Positions 46,889 to 56,975 of a DNA stretch of 64,000 bases are shown here, piece after piece (within the stretch, counting starts at the first letter, position 1; each line of letters begins with the position of its first letter). Source of the stretch: Thiotrichaceae bacterium. GTDB lineage: Bacteria; Pseudomonadota; Gammaproteobacteria; Thiotrichales; Thiotrichaceae. The notes under the pieces are model-generated. The model searched no databases. It saw only the letters and a list, made by a program, of their open reading frames with translations, and was not told the origin of the DNA. The position numbers were made by a program, and so were the translations under genes. The stretch spans positions 42,778 through 106,777 of the forward strand of contig JALSJU010000123.1 in NCBI GenBank assembly GCA_026989145.1, written 5' to 3'.

Positions 46889-48157
46889 ATGAAAAAACTC
46901 TTACAAAAAAGCGCACTTACGCTTTTTCTGATTATTAACATGCTAGCACCCGCTTTTGCTGAGTTAGATACCAGTAAGTTGTATACGGAAACTGAAAAAT
47001 CTGTTTATCAAATTCGTGTGATTAATAAACAAACCGGCAAAAAATCGAGTATCGGCTCTGGTTTTGTTGTTAGCAAAGACAATATCTTAGCCACCAACTA
47101 TCACGTGGTAAGTGAGTACATTAATGATCCTGAGGTCTACTCTTTAGAGTATTTATCCACTAGCGGAAAAGGTGGAACGCTCGAACTGATTGATTTTGAT
47201 ATTGTGCATGATCTCGCCATTGTGAAATCTAAGCAGCCTATGGGAGTGCCGCTTAAAATTTCATACCTTCCTGAAAAAGGAGCTAACTTATTCTCTTTAG
47301 GTAACCCGATGGATTTGGGTTTTACCATCATTAAAGGTACTAACAACGGTGTACTACCACGAGCCATTGATGGAAATATTTTATTTTCTGGTAGTTTAAA
47401 CCCAGGCATGAGTGGCGGCCCAACTTTAGATCAGGAGGGTAACCTTGTTGGTGTTAATGTGGCAACCTCCGGTAATAATATTAGCTTTCTTGTGCCAGCA
47501 GAATATTTAAAAGTCGTTTTAGACCGGCTAGAAGGCAATAGCTTTAAATCTGTAGATGATCGCTTTGCTCATAGCTCTAATCAGTTACTTGAGAATTCTA
47601 AAAAAATTGTAGATAAAATAATCCGTAATAAATGGAGTGCTACAAAAATAGGCACCTTCATCGTACCTGCAAAACTGGATAAATCAATACGTTGTTGGGA
47701 TGCAAGCCGCAAACCTAAAAAAGACGATCTTTTTAAAAGTTATTTCACGCGCTGTTCTAACGAAGATAATATTTATATTTCATCACACTTAACTGTAGGC
47801 AGTATTAACTTTGAATACTTGTGGCTAGAAACCGATAAACTTAGCCCTGCTCGTTTTTATCGCCGTTATGAAAAGTCAAATAGTAGTGTAATTGGAAGTC
47901 GTGCTGGGAAACGTGATGTGACTAATTTTTCTTGTCATACAGACTTCACAAAAATTGCTGAGCACAATTTTAAAACCACTGTTTGTCGGCGCGATTATCT
48001 TAAGTACAAAGGTTTAAGTGACATGCTTTTTACCACTGCTCTGGTCGGTGAAAAAGATAAAGGCTTTATTTTTAACCTCGATTTTACGGGCACTGATGCA
48101 AAATCATCACTCGTTTTATTTAAGCGCATGTTGGAGACATTCAAATGGAAAAAGTAA
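46889..48157 (+). CDS. Secreted trypsin-like (S1) serine protease with unknown C-terminal domain
   Basis: Signal peptide; GSGFVV..TNYHVV, HDLA, PGMSGGP catalytic triad; no PDZ domain recognised. Confidence 0.85.
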   Translation: MKKLLQKSALTLFLIINMLAPAFAELDTSKLYTETEKSVYQIRVINKQTGKKSSIGSGFVVSKDNILATNYHVVSEYINDPEVYSLEYLSTSGKGGTLELIDFDIVHDLAIVKSKQPMGVPLKISYLPEKGANLFSLGNPMDLGFTIIKGTNNGVLPRAIDGNILFSGSLNPGMSGGPTLDQEGNLVGVNVATSGNNISFLVPAEYLKVVLDRLEGNSFKSVDDRFAHSSNQLLENSKKIVDKIIRNKWSATKIGTFIVPAKLDKSIRCWDASRKPKKDDLFKSYFTRCSNEDNIYISSHLTVGSINFEYLWLETDKLSPARFYRRYEKSNSSVIGSRAGKRDVTNFSCHTDFTKIAEHNFKTTVCRRDYLKYKGLSDMLFTTALVGEKDKGFIFNLDFTGTDAKSSLVLFKRMLETFKWKK

Positions 48158-49131
48158 TTCTAGAAACCATTCAGCGTGGGGTTCATAGTTACCATAAGAT
48201 TGAGTCTTTCCCCGTTACCATGGGTCGCGCTTTTGATAATGATATTATTTTACAAGATGTCACTATTTCACCGCATCACCTAATCATTGATAAAGAGGAT
48301 GGCAACTACCTTATTAAAAACCTATCCACTGAAAATGGTACGACCTTAGAAGGAAAAAAGCTAGGGTCAGAGCCAGCTATGCTTGATATTCCAGCACACT
48401 TTAAATTGAATAATTTAAAGGCTAGGCTCCTCTCAACTGATATGCCTGTTGAAGACACCTATGTGCAAAATTGCAGTGGTTTATTTTGTTTTTTCAGTAG
48501 CCCAATATGGGCAGCACTACTGTTTCTCGCTACCGTTGCAATTTTCTTTATCGAACGCTTTTTAGATACGCCTGTTGCAAAAGAACCCCTGTTTTACATT
48601 AGTAACGTTTTACCTTCTGTTTGGACCTTGCTTGGTATTACTGTTGTTATTTCTGGTATCACTCGAATATCCACCCATCGCTGGGAAATTATTCCGGCAA
48701 TTAGTATTGCTTCAATGGTATTTTTAGTTCCGCAGCTATTCGAATATTTAGGCCACTTTGCTTCTTACCTCTTTACAGCAGATTCTTTTGGAAGTTGGTT
48801 ACAGAATATTGCCAGTTTTATGATTATCCCTTTATTACTTGCCCTTTTTATTGTCAAAACAATTCATACAAAATGGTTGCCAGCCCTTGGTGTCGCCGCC
48901 TTAGTTTATTCACCTTTTTTAGCTTACCAAGTTATAAATTTGGTGGATGATTTAAACTTAAAATCGGGATTTTCAGAAATTCCGGGGTATAGCCAAACAT
49001 TGTTACCGAGTGATATTCGTTTAAATACGACTATTTCATTGGATGACTATATTAAAGATGCTGATAAGGAAACCTCTAGTATTATCGAAGATATGTTGAT
49101 TGAAGCTAAGAAAAAAGAAGCCAAGTCTTAA
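48145..49131 (+). CDS. FHA-domain inner-membrane protein
   Basis: MGRAFDNDIILQDVTISPHH..STENGT FHA motifs, followed by about 5 TM helices. Confidence 0.82.
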   Translation: MEKVILETIQRGVHSYHKIESFPVTMGRAFDNDIILQDVTISPHHLIIDKEDGNYLIKNLSTENGTTLEGKKLGSEPAMLDIPAHFKLNNLKARLLSTDMPVEDTYVQNCSGLFCFFSSPIWAALLFLATVAIFFIERFLDTPVAKEPLFYISNVLPSVWTLLGITVVISGITRISTHRWEIIPAISIASMVFLVPQLFEYLGHFASYLFTADSFGSWLQNIASFMIIPLLLALFIVKTIHTKWLPALGVAALVYSPFLAYQVINLVDDLNLKSGFSEIPGYSQTLLPSDIRLNTTISLDDYIKDADKETSSIIEDMLIEAKKKEAKS

Positions 49132-49201
49132 TTGCTCCTAGTTATAACAATTTAGTAAACTACTTACTGTTCACTTTATCGCTTGCTGAGTAATACGTTT
49201 C

Positions 49202-49954
49202 TTAGCAATCTCCCCAACGTTGTTGAATAGCGGTGATGCCTGCAATCACCGCTGTTTCTGCACGTAGAATACGTGGACCAAAACAAATACCGTTAATATT
49301 GCTTTCTAACATTTGCTGTTCTTCAATGTCTGTAAAACCACCTTCTGGCCCAATATACAATGATGCTGTTTGATGTTGTTCACAATCATTTAAGTTTTTA
49401 AGTTCGGTTTTGACCGTTGGCAACATGACGATACCTAGATTGTTACTTATCGAATCTTTTTGCAAGCACTCCGCCAAAGTTACCGGGTCGTTAATTTCTG
49501 GAATTTTTGTTCGACCGGACTGCTCACACGCCGCAATGATGATTCCCTGCCAGTGCTCCATTTTTTTTTGTAAACGATTTGCTTTTATTTTTATGACACT
49601 GCGTTCACAATAGATCGGCTGAATAATATTAATTCCAAGCTCTACCGATTTTTGAATTGCGAAGTCCATTTTATCTGGTTTTATCATCGCCAAGTTCAAT
49701 GTGGTAGTCAATGTTGATTCACGACTTGAATCTATAAACGAAACCAGCTGAACAGATGACTTTCGTTTATCAAAAGCTTTTATATAGGCTAAATATTCAC
49801 CACCTTTACCATCAAAAATAATCAGTTTTTCTTCGACTTTTAACCTAAGCACCTGAATGGCATGACGATGATTTTTAACCGATAACGCAAGTTCGCCGCC
49901 TTCTTCAAATACCTGACTAATATCTTCATCTTGGTAGAACCGAGGGATTTTCAT
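49202..49954 (-). CDS. rsmE: 16S rRNA m3U1498 methyltransferase
   Basis: HAIQVLRL, FAIQKSVELG, AACEQSGR, YIGPEGGF, RILRAETA. Confidence 0.96.
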   Translation of the reverse strand: MKIPRFYQDEDISQVFEEGGELALSVKNHRHAIQVLRLKVEEKLIIFDGKGGEYLAYIKAFDKRKSSVQLVSFIDSSRESTLTTTLNLAMIKPDKMDFAIQKSVELGINIIQPIYCERSVIKIKANRLQKKMEHWQGIIIAACEQSGRTKIPEINDPVTLAECLQKDSISNNLGIVMLPTVKTELKNLNDCEQHQTASLYIGPEGGFTDIEEQQMLESNINGICFGPRILRAETAVIAGITAIQQRWGDC

Positions 49955-49955
49955 A

Positions 49956-50288
49956 CTATTGTGGCTTCACATTATCATCTTTTAAATCTTGTTCGATGCG
50001 CTCTAACACATCGCCCAAACGATCAAATTCATCATTATAATTAGTATCACGTACATACCCTGAAACGGTAGCTTTAACGTTATTTGCATATTCACCTACC
50101 AACGGCATATCAGCCACAAGAGTGAGTGCCCAAATAAGAAATGCTATCACCATTGATGCGCCGAGTAGGGTGCCTAAACCTCTAAAAATACCTGCTACAA
50201 AGTTTGTCCAAACAATTCTCCATGGGCTTGATGAGTAACGAATAAACTCTTTTAAGTTTTCGTTTGCGATGCGTTGTTCTTTATCCAT
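49956..50288 (-). CDS. DUF5665-like small membrane protein
   Basis: NFVAGIFRGLG.LLG motif with one or two TM helices. Confidence 0.7.
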   Translation of the reverse strand: MDKEQRIANENLKEFIRYSSSPWRIVWTNFVAGIFRGLGTLLGASMVIAFLIWALTLVADMPLVGEYANNVKATVSGYVRDTNYNDEFDRLGDVLERIEQDLKDDNVKPQ

Positions 50289-50358
50289 TTGAGTTGTATC
50301 TCTCTTAGCACATTTTTGTTTGATGACGCAATTTTAGCATCGTATTTACCAGTCGCAC

Positions 50359-51042
50359 TTATCGACGCAATAACGCAACCCAGCGCCATATATTTAATAT
50401 ACTCATCAACGACGCTGCCACATAAGTTAAAGCCGCCGCTTTTAGAATCTTCTCTACTGCAATAATTTCACCGTCATCAACATAGCCTTCTTTCAAAATA
50501 GGTAATGCTTTGCCAAAGCTAGCATCCCATTCAACCGGTAAAGTAACTAAGTGCACCACCGCAGCCCCTGCGATACTGGCAAGCCCTGCAAGCATAAAAA
50601 TCAAACCAGCGCTGGGGCTGCGTGTAATAATCATTGCAATCGGCATAATCATCATAATGACAGAACCAATCTTAGAAAGTTTTTGTGCTTGTTTAACCAA
50701 GCTTGTTCGTAAAGCTAATTTACTTTCTTTTCGATGATCTTGTATCGCATGACCCACCTCGTGCGCGGCGACTGCTACCGCCGTAAGCGAGTTATCATTA
50801 AAGTTTTTCGGTGATAGTCGTACAAATTTATCTTCAGGGTCGTAGTGATCACCGTTTTCTTCTGTTTGCTCTACCCCCACATGCTGCATATCAAAACGAT
50901 CTAATAAATGCCGGGCCAGCTCTCCTCCTGTCCCTGAGATGTGATCTTGTTTATTAGAATAACGCTTAAATACGCTTTTAGCCCACAACTGCGGGCCGAA
51001 AACTAAGGCTAATATTAAAACAATAACAAATACAATAATCAT
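50359..51042 (-). CDS. Zinc metallopeptidase (YugP/Zn_peptidase_2-like)
   Basis: DHYDP, AVAAHEVGHAIQ, TLPVEWDAS, AAALTYVA. Confidence 0.92.
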   Translation of the reverse strand: MIIVFVIVLILALVFGPQLWAKSVFKRYSNKQDHISGTGGELARHLLDRFDMQHVGVEQTEENGDHYDPEDKFVRLSPKNFNDNSLTAVAVAAHEVGHAIQDHRKESKLALRTSLVKQAQKLSKIGSVIMMIMPIAMIITRSPSAGLIFMLAGLASIAGAAVVHLVTLPVEWDASFGKALPILKEGYVDDGEIIAVEKILKAAALTYVAASLMSILNIWRWVALLRR

Positions 51043-51084
51043 AATTGTTAGTATACCAATTACAGATTATTTTGGAGAGTAGTT

Positions 51085-51497
51085 ATGTTCGAGAGGATAG
51101 TGAAAGATCAATGCTTGTGCGGCAAGATTAAGTATCTAGTCAAAAAAATTGAACAACATATGGCGCATTGCCATTGCAGCATGTGTCGTAAGTTTCACGG
51201 TGCTGCTTTCTCTACTTATGGTGAAGCGAAGATAGAAAATTTTAAGTGGTTACAAGGGGAAGGATTCTTAAAACTTACTTTGCAGCCAATGGTACAGAAC
51301 GACAATTTTGTAGTAACTGTGGATCTAGTATGACCTTTAAACCTGCCAATGATGCAGGTAAAGTGATTGAATTTTCATTAGGAACATTGGATGACGATAT
51401 TACCCACAGACCTGATGTACATATCTTTACTGGCAACCGTGCAAACTGGTTTGAGATCACAGATGACCTTCCTCAGTATAAGTCTGCCAGAAAATAA
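51085..51497 (+). pseudogene. GFA (CENP-V-like) family gene split by a 1-bp frameshift
   Basis: N-half CLCG..HCHCSMCRKFHG in one frame; C-half RQFCSNCGSS..HIFTGNRANW in the -1 frame; adding one A to AAAA 51270-51273 joins them. Confidence 0.8.
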
Positions 51498-51506
51498 AAC
51501 TTGCTT

Positions 51507-52094
51507 CTAACCTAAATCATTGGCTAACGCTTTACGGTAATTTTCCGGCACTGGATCAACCGAATGTGTGTAATTCTCATGATCGATCCCTACACTAATG
51601 GCAGCGCCATTTTTTACAGCTTTAATCATCTCTGGTTCTAGCTCAAAACGCATAAAGTGTACGGCAGACGTTTTTTCTTCCGTTTCTCTCTCTAAGTCTT
51701 CGTTTGAAATAGCGAAAACGGCATCAAAGCCTTCTACCTGTACCCATGTTTGACGATCTATACCAATCAGTTGCGCCAATGCTGCGATGCGCTCATCTAC
51801 ATCGGTGTATTCGATCATCATGGTGCCTTTCCAGTTGGTGCCTTCTGGAATAAGCGGGTTGTAGGTATCCAGTTCTTCTTGAATACCCTCTGCATCAAAT
51901 ATTTTTTCAGCACGTAGCATTTCTTGAATTTGGTAATGGATGGTTAAGCGATCTTCAAAATAAAAAGTAACATTTGGGCCGATAGGAAGGTTGCGGCTTT
52001 TCTTATGCGCCATTACTTTTGCACGCATATCGCTGCGCATTTCTGCATACTTTTCTAAGGGGTAAAGATCGTCACGGGTTAATTTTTTAGCCAT
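51507..52094 (-). CDS. DUF3501 family protein
   Basis: IHYQIQEMLRAE, YNPLIP, SAVHFMRF; follows rubrerythrin and Fe-S oxidoreductase genes. Confidence 0.88.
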   Translation of the reverse strand: MAKKLTRDDLYPLEKYAEMRSDMRAKVMAHKKSRNLPIGPNVTFYFEDRLTIHYQIQEMLRAEKIFDAEGIQEELDTYNPLIPEGTNWKGTMMIEYTDVDERIAALAQLIGIDRQTWVQVEGFDAVFAISNEDLERETEEKTSAVHFMRFELEPEMIKAVKNGAAISVGIDHENYTHSVDPVPENYRKALANDLG

Positions 52095-52121
52095 TGGAGG
52101 TAATTCCTTTTTAAATGATTT

Positions 52122-52282
52122 GAGACACTTACACGAGTCGGTAGCGAAAGAAAAAGTCAGGTAGAATTTTACTGATTGAGGCGGAAAACGAAGCTAATAA
52201 CTAGTTTATTAGTGCATTTTTCAACGAAAATCAGTGAAGTTTCAACCCTTTTTACTTGTTAACCAACTCGTACAAAGGTCTC
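52122..52282. mobile_element. 161 bp MITE-like element with IS1106/IS5-like ends
   Basis: GAGACACTTACACGAGT / ACTCGTACAAAGGTCTC termini; similar along its length to 6481-6638. Confidence 0.7.
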
Positions 52283-52285
52283 GAT

Positions 52286-53620
52286 TTATAAACCGTACGC
52301 CATGCGTAGCAGAGTCAGTGGGTGGTAAGGACTAGAATCATCTTTCATGCCATTAGCAATTTGGTGTCCTGCCATCGGGCAATCACTACTGTAATAGTTT
52401 GATTCTGATTTCTGTACTTTGGTGATGACAGGGCGACATATTTTCATTGATAGCTCGTGATATTCTTCTTTCACGGCGTAGGTTCCGTCATGCCCAGAGC
52501 AACGTTCAATAGTTTCAATACTGGTATCTTCAATGAGTTGCAATACTTCACGTGTTTTTAAACCCATATTTTGCACACGTAAATGACAGGCCGCATGATA
52601 GGCAATTTTACCTAATGATTTTTTGAAATCTGTATTCAAAAGTTCTTTTCTATGGCGTAGCATAAGGTATTCAAACGGGTCAAAAATATGTTCTTTAACC
52701 GTTTGCACATCGGCATCCTCTGGAAACATTAACGGTAACTCTTGTTTAAACATCAACACACAAGATGGTACGGGAGCGATAATATCCCAGCCTGCGTTAA
52801 TTTTTTTCATCATCTCTGGGATGTTGACATTTTTAGCATGCTCTACCGCTTTTAAATCGCCCAACTCTAATTTCGGCATGCCGCAGCAAACTTCTTTATC
52901 TACCAATGATGTGGGGATTTGGTTGTGTTCTAGCACCGCATTTAAATCTTCTAATAAATGTGGTTCATTGCGATTGGCGTAGCAGGTTGCAAAAATTGCC
53001 ACTTTACCAGTGGTTCTACCAGCCGCTTTTGCCTCTGTCGCTTTTTGCATAATTGTGCTGGATAAACGCTTACGACCCGTTTTACTGTGATACTTCGGTA
53101 TCGTTGCATCTGGGTGTACGCCTAGCACGCTCTTCAAGACTTTTCTACCTAGCGCATTATTATTGGTGGCGTTAACAATGGTTGAAACAACAGGAATACC
53201 CGCTAAGTTTCCAACAGTATCGGTGGCTGATAAAATTTTATCACGAGTTTTTACATCGCCTTTCTTATGCTTAATTGCTTTAGCACGAAGCATTAAGTGC
53301 GGAAAATCAACATTCCATTCATGCGGTGGCGTGTAAGGACATTTAGTCATATAACACAGGTCGCAAAGGTAGCATTGATCGACAACTTTCATAAAGTCTT
53401 TTTTATCAACACCATCAACTTCAAACGTATCTGATTCATCCACCAGATCAAACAAGGTCGGAAATGCTTCACATAAACTGACACAACGACGACAACCGTG
53501 ACAAATATCGTAAACACGTTCTAGCTCTTTATTGAGCGAGTCTTCGTTATAAAAATCAGGGTTTTTCCAATCTAGGGGGTGTCGTGTGGGTGCTTCGAGA
53601 TTGCCTTCACGTGCTGCCAT
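52286..53620 (-). CDS. Fe-S oxidoreductase (GlpC/CCG-domain)
   Basis: ICHGCRRC..C, QCYLCDLC..KCP, CCGMP, CSGHDG, SDCPMA. Confidence 0.9.
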   Translation of the reverse strand: MAAREGNLEAPTRHPLDWKNPDFYNEDSLNKELERVYDICHGCRRCVSLCEAFPTLFDLVDESDTFEVDGVDKKDFMKVVDQCYLCDLCYMTKCPYTPPHEWNVDFPHLMLRAKAIKHKKGDVKTRDKILSATDTVGNLAGIPVVSTIVNATNNNALGRKVLKSVLGVHPDATIPKYHSKTGRKRLSSTIMQKATEAKAAGRTTGKVAIFATCYANRNEPHLLEDLNAVLEHNQIPTSLVDKEVCCGMPKLELGDLKAVEHAKNVNIPEMMKKINAGWDIIAPVPSCVLMFKQELPLMFPEDADVQTVKEHIFDPFEYLMLRHRKELLNTDFKKSLGKIAYHAACHLRVQNMGLKTREVLQLIEDTSIETIERCSGHDGTYAVKEEYHELSMKICRPVITKVQKSESNYYSSDCPMAGHQIANGMKDDSSPYHPLTLLRMAYGL

Positions 53621-53761
53621 GAGCTTACCTTATTGTTATAGTGAGCCTTAATCGTATTGTGTAGTAAGGTCTCGATGTTCGTTATCACTGATAAGTAATA
53701 ACTTAGAATGATTCTCCTCTTCTGTTATGAAGAGGAGGGCTAAACAAGTAATTGTTTAGAT

Positions 53762-54181
53762 TTAGCCGTCTAGATTATCTAGCGCTTTTTGGAAACGATT
53801 TGCGTGTGAACGCTCTGCTTTACCTAGTGTTTCAAACCAGTCAGCAATCTCGTCAAAACCTTCTTCACGGGCTGCTTTCGTCATACCAGGGTACATATCA
53901 GTGTACTCATGCGTCTCACCTGCAATGGCAGACTTAAGGTTGTCACCGGTAGCGCCGATAGGTAAGCCTGTTGCTGGATCACCTGTTTCTTCTAAATACT
54001 CCAAGTGTCCGTGCGCATGGCCCGTTTCACCTTCTGCGGTTGAACGAAAAACCGATGCTACATCGTTGTATCCTTCTACGTCTGCTTTTGCTGCAAAGTA
54101 AAGGTAACGGCGGTTTGCTTGTGATTCACCAGCGAAGGCGTCTTTTAAATTTTGCTCTGTTTTAGATCCTGCGAGAGACAT
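53762..54181 (-). CDS. Rubrerythrin (short form, no rubredoxin domain)
   Basis: [38 protein letters not shown]. Confidence 0.93.
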   Translation of the reverse strand: MSLAGSKTEQNLKDAFAGESQANRRYLYFAAKADVEGYNDVASVFRSTAEGETGHAHGHLEYLEETGDPATGLPIGATGDNLKSAIAGETHEYTDMYPGMTKAAREEGFDEIADWFETLGKAERSHANRFQKALDNLDG

Positions 54182-54339
54182 TTTTTTCTCCTTTGATTAG
54201 TTGAAGATCTTTACTTTTCTTGCAAAGACCTCTAGTTATCCGAAAAGTAGATTACTGCTTCGGTAACTAAATATAGGAAGTGTCTGGGGTTTCGTCTAAT
54301 TGATTAATTAGGATGATTCAATGCAAAAAAACGAATGCG

Positions 54340-55269
54340 TTATTCTCTAGTACTCCCACAAGTTTGGTTTGATGGGGTCGTAGTCTTGAGAGTGGTTTTC
54401 AAGTCAGGATATTTCAATTTAATCTTCAACAGCTCCAACATTTTAGTGTTTTTTATACGTCTTGATTCTTTTAAATAAGAAACCATGCCAGCGCTTAATG
54501 TTTGCTGTGCGTCTTGGAGACTTATCTGTGGTGGACGAGGCAAGTCCGCATAATCAGCGACTTGATTAAAATAATCTGTCATGGTGCTGGGGTTGCCATC
54601 GGCAATATTGATTATTTCGTTTTTATGTGAGCAATTCATCGCTAATAAGCAGGCCTGCGCTAAATCATCGGCGTGAATCCTATTTGTGAAACCTGCCTCT
54701 GCTTGATTAACAACTGGCAAACCTTTTTGCAAACGTGCAACTGGCAAACGATCTTGCGCATAGATACCCGGTACGCGCAAAATCATATATTCCTTGCCAG
54801 TTTTTTTTGCCCAAGTTTTTAATGCATCTTCAGCAGAAAGCCTACGATATACACGCTCCGCAACTGGGTTTGTCGGCGTTGTTTCATCAATCCATTCCCC
54901 TTGACTATCGCCATATACTCCTGTTGTGCTAATTAAAACAATACGTGACGGTGTATTATCAGCCCCGCCTAACGTTTTACTTAAGAACCTTTTTAGACGA
55001 CTGTCATGTTTACCTTCAGAAGGCGGAGGCGCAAAATAAAACAGCCATGAGCCGTCAAATTCGCTTTCATTAAAAGCTTGCACTAAAGAATGATCAAGAT
55101 TAATTTGACACGTTTCAAGCCCCAGTTTGTTACAAGCCGTGACAGATGCATCGCTTTGAACAACCGCTTGTATGCTGATATTGTCAAACTCAGATAGGTA
55201 TAGTTGCGAAAGGCGACGCCCCACATCACCACAACCTACTATCCAAATTTTTTTCGGCATGATTTTCAT
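54340..55269 (-). CDS. NAD-dependent epimerase/extended SDR (YeeZ-like)
   Basis: IVGCGDVG, ISTTGVYG, LRVPGIY, NRIHADDLA. Confidence 0.9.
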   Translation of the reverse strand: MKIMPKKIWIVGCGDVGRRLSQLYLSEFDNISIQAVVQSDASVTACNKLGLETCQINLDHSLVQAFNESEFDGSWLFYFAPPPSEGKHDSRLKRFLSKTLGGADNTPSRIVLISTTGVYGDSQGEWIDETTPTNPVAERVYRRLSAEDALKTWAKKTGKEYMILRVPGIYAQDRLPVARLQKGLPVVNQAEAGFTNRIHADDLAQACLLAMNCSHKNEIINIADGNPSTMTDYFNQVADYADLPRPPQISLQDAQQTLSAGMVSYLKESRRIKNTKMLELLKIKLKYPDLKTTLKTTTPSNQTCGSTRE

Positions 55270-55353
55270 AGTGTTTTCATGGTGGTTTTCATTGTCTCAA
55301 GGGTAGCACTGTCGGTATACTTCTGCTTTACTTTATCTTATTTGAAACCACAC

Positions 55354-55515
55354 ATGTTTAAAAATATTTGTTGGGCTAACTGGCTCTTTACACTCATGAT
55401 TATCGGACTCTTTTTATTAAGTGTTTCCACTGTTTTATCAGGCTGTGGCAATAAGGGCGCATTAACACTGCCTGAAAAACCAGCAACACAAATATTACTT
55501 GAGAAGCGACAATAA
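55354..55515 (+). CDS. Small lipoprotein LptM/YifL (LppL-like)
   Basis: LSGCGNKGALTLP motif immediately upstream of lysA, the conserved position. Start uncertain. Confidence 0.8.
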   Translation: MFKNICWANWLFTLMIIGLFLLSVSTVLSGCGNKGALTLPEKPATQILLEKRQ

Positions 55516-55516
55516 T

Positions 55517-56770
55517 ATGGATTACTTTAATTATAAAGAAGGCAAGTTACTTGCCGAAGATGTGTCACTTGAGTCAGTTGCTAAAGAGCACGGCACACCC
55601 TGCTACGTTTACTCACGTGCAACATTAGAGCGCCATTGGCATGCGTTTAATGATGCCTTTGGGGATCATAAACACCTTATTTGTTACTCGGTTAAAGCCA
55701 ATTCTAATATCGCAATCCTTAATTTATTAGCCCGTTTAGGTTCTGGTTTTGACATTGTGTCGGTCGGTGAATTAGAGCGTGTATTAAAGGCAGGAGGCGA
55801 CCCTAAAAAGGTTGTTTTTTCTGGTGTCGGAAAGCGCGCAGACGAAATGCAGCGTGCTCTGGATGTAGGCATTCGCTGTTTTAATATTGAGTCGGTAGGT
55901 GAGCTAGAGCGCTTAAATGAAGTAGCGAGTTCTATGAATAAAATTGCAGATATATCAATTCGTGTAAATCCTGATGTAGATGCACAAACACATCCTTATA
56001 TTTCTACAGGACTTAAAGATAATAAGTTTGGCATTGATATTAATATTGTTGAAAAGGTTTATCTTCAAGCGGCTCAAATGAGCCACATCAATATCACAGG
56101 GGTTGATTGTCATATTGGCTCACAACTCACCGAGACAGCACCCTTTATGGATGCGCTAAAACGATTATTAACATTAGCAGATAAACTAAAACAACAAGGC
56201 ATCGTGATTCATCACCTTGATTTAGGGGGTGGACTGGGCGTACGTTATAAAGATGAAAACCCTGCTCTCCCCTCCGAATACATCACAGAGCTATTAAGTA
56301 ACGACAAGCTTAAGGACTATGAAATTCTTATTGAGCCAGGTCGTGCCATTGCTGCCAATGCCGCGGTATTATTGAGTAAGGTTGAGTACATTAAACAAGG
56401 CGAAAGTAAGAACTTTGCTATTATTGATGCCGCGATGAATGATTTAATTCGGCCTTCGCTTTATCAAGCATGGCAAGAAATTGTTCCGCTTAATGAAACA
56501 CCAGAAGGGGAAGATCAGTTATTTGATGTAGTTGGGCCTATCTGTGAAACCGGTGATTTCTTAGGGAAAGATCGCTTATTAAAGCTACGCCAGGACGACT
56601 TAATAGCAATTCGTTCTGCAGGTGCTTACGGCTTTACAATGGCATCAAACTATAATACTCGTCCTCGGGCTGCTGAAATATTAATCGATGGTGATAAAGT
56701 TCATGTCATTCGAAAAAGAGAAACCATTGAACAACTGTTTGAAAATGAACAACTCGTAAAAGATAATTAA
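55517..56770 (+). CDS. lysA: Diaminopimelate decarboxylase
   Basis: YSVKANSN, FDIVSVGE, HIGSQ, LDLGGG, EPGR, GPICETGD, GAYG..MASNYN. Confidence 0.97.
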   Translation: MDYFNYKEGKLLAEDVSLESVAKEHGTPCYVYSRATLERHWHAFNDAFGDHKHLICYSVKANSNIAILNLLARLGSGFDIVSVGELERVLKAGGDPKKVVFSGVGKRADEMQRALDVGIRCFNIESVGELERLNEVASSMNKIADISIRVNPDVDAQTHPYISTGLKDNKFGIDINIVEKVYLQAAQMSHINITGVDCHIGSQLTETAPFMDALKRLLTLADKLKQQGIVIHHLDLGGGLGVRYKDENPALPSEYITELLSNDKLKDYEILIEPGRAIAANAAVLLSKVEYIKQGESKNFAIIDAAMNDLIRPSLYQAWQEIVPLNETPEGEDQLFDVVGPICETGDFLGKDRLLKLRQDDLIAIRSAGAYGFTMASNYNTRPRAAEILIDGDKVHVIRKRETIEQLFENEQLVKDN

Positions 56771-56975
56771 GGATCTACTTTCTCCAAAAGGACTAGGGTA
56801 AACCAATCTATAACATGGAAAGTACAATTTGGTATCTGACTTTCTTGATCTAAGTTAGGTTTTTAACTAAAAAATCACCTATCCCTAATGCCCCTTATAA
56901 TTTAGTGGAGAATAATAGGATTATTTAATATAATCGCGCACCAAATTGCAATTTATCTATTGGAGATAATAAATT

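Noticed and set aside
51265-51280. Programmed -1 ribosomal frameshift
   Set aside because: C TTA AAA C is not a canonical slippery heptamer and no downstream stimulator is evident.
54240-54330. OxyR/PerR site upstream of rubrerythrin
   Set aside because: Only partial ATAG-N7-CTAT-like matches in AT-rich sequence.
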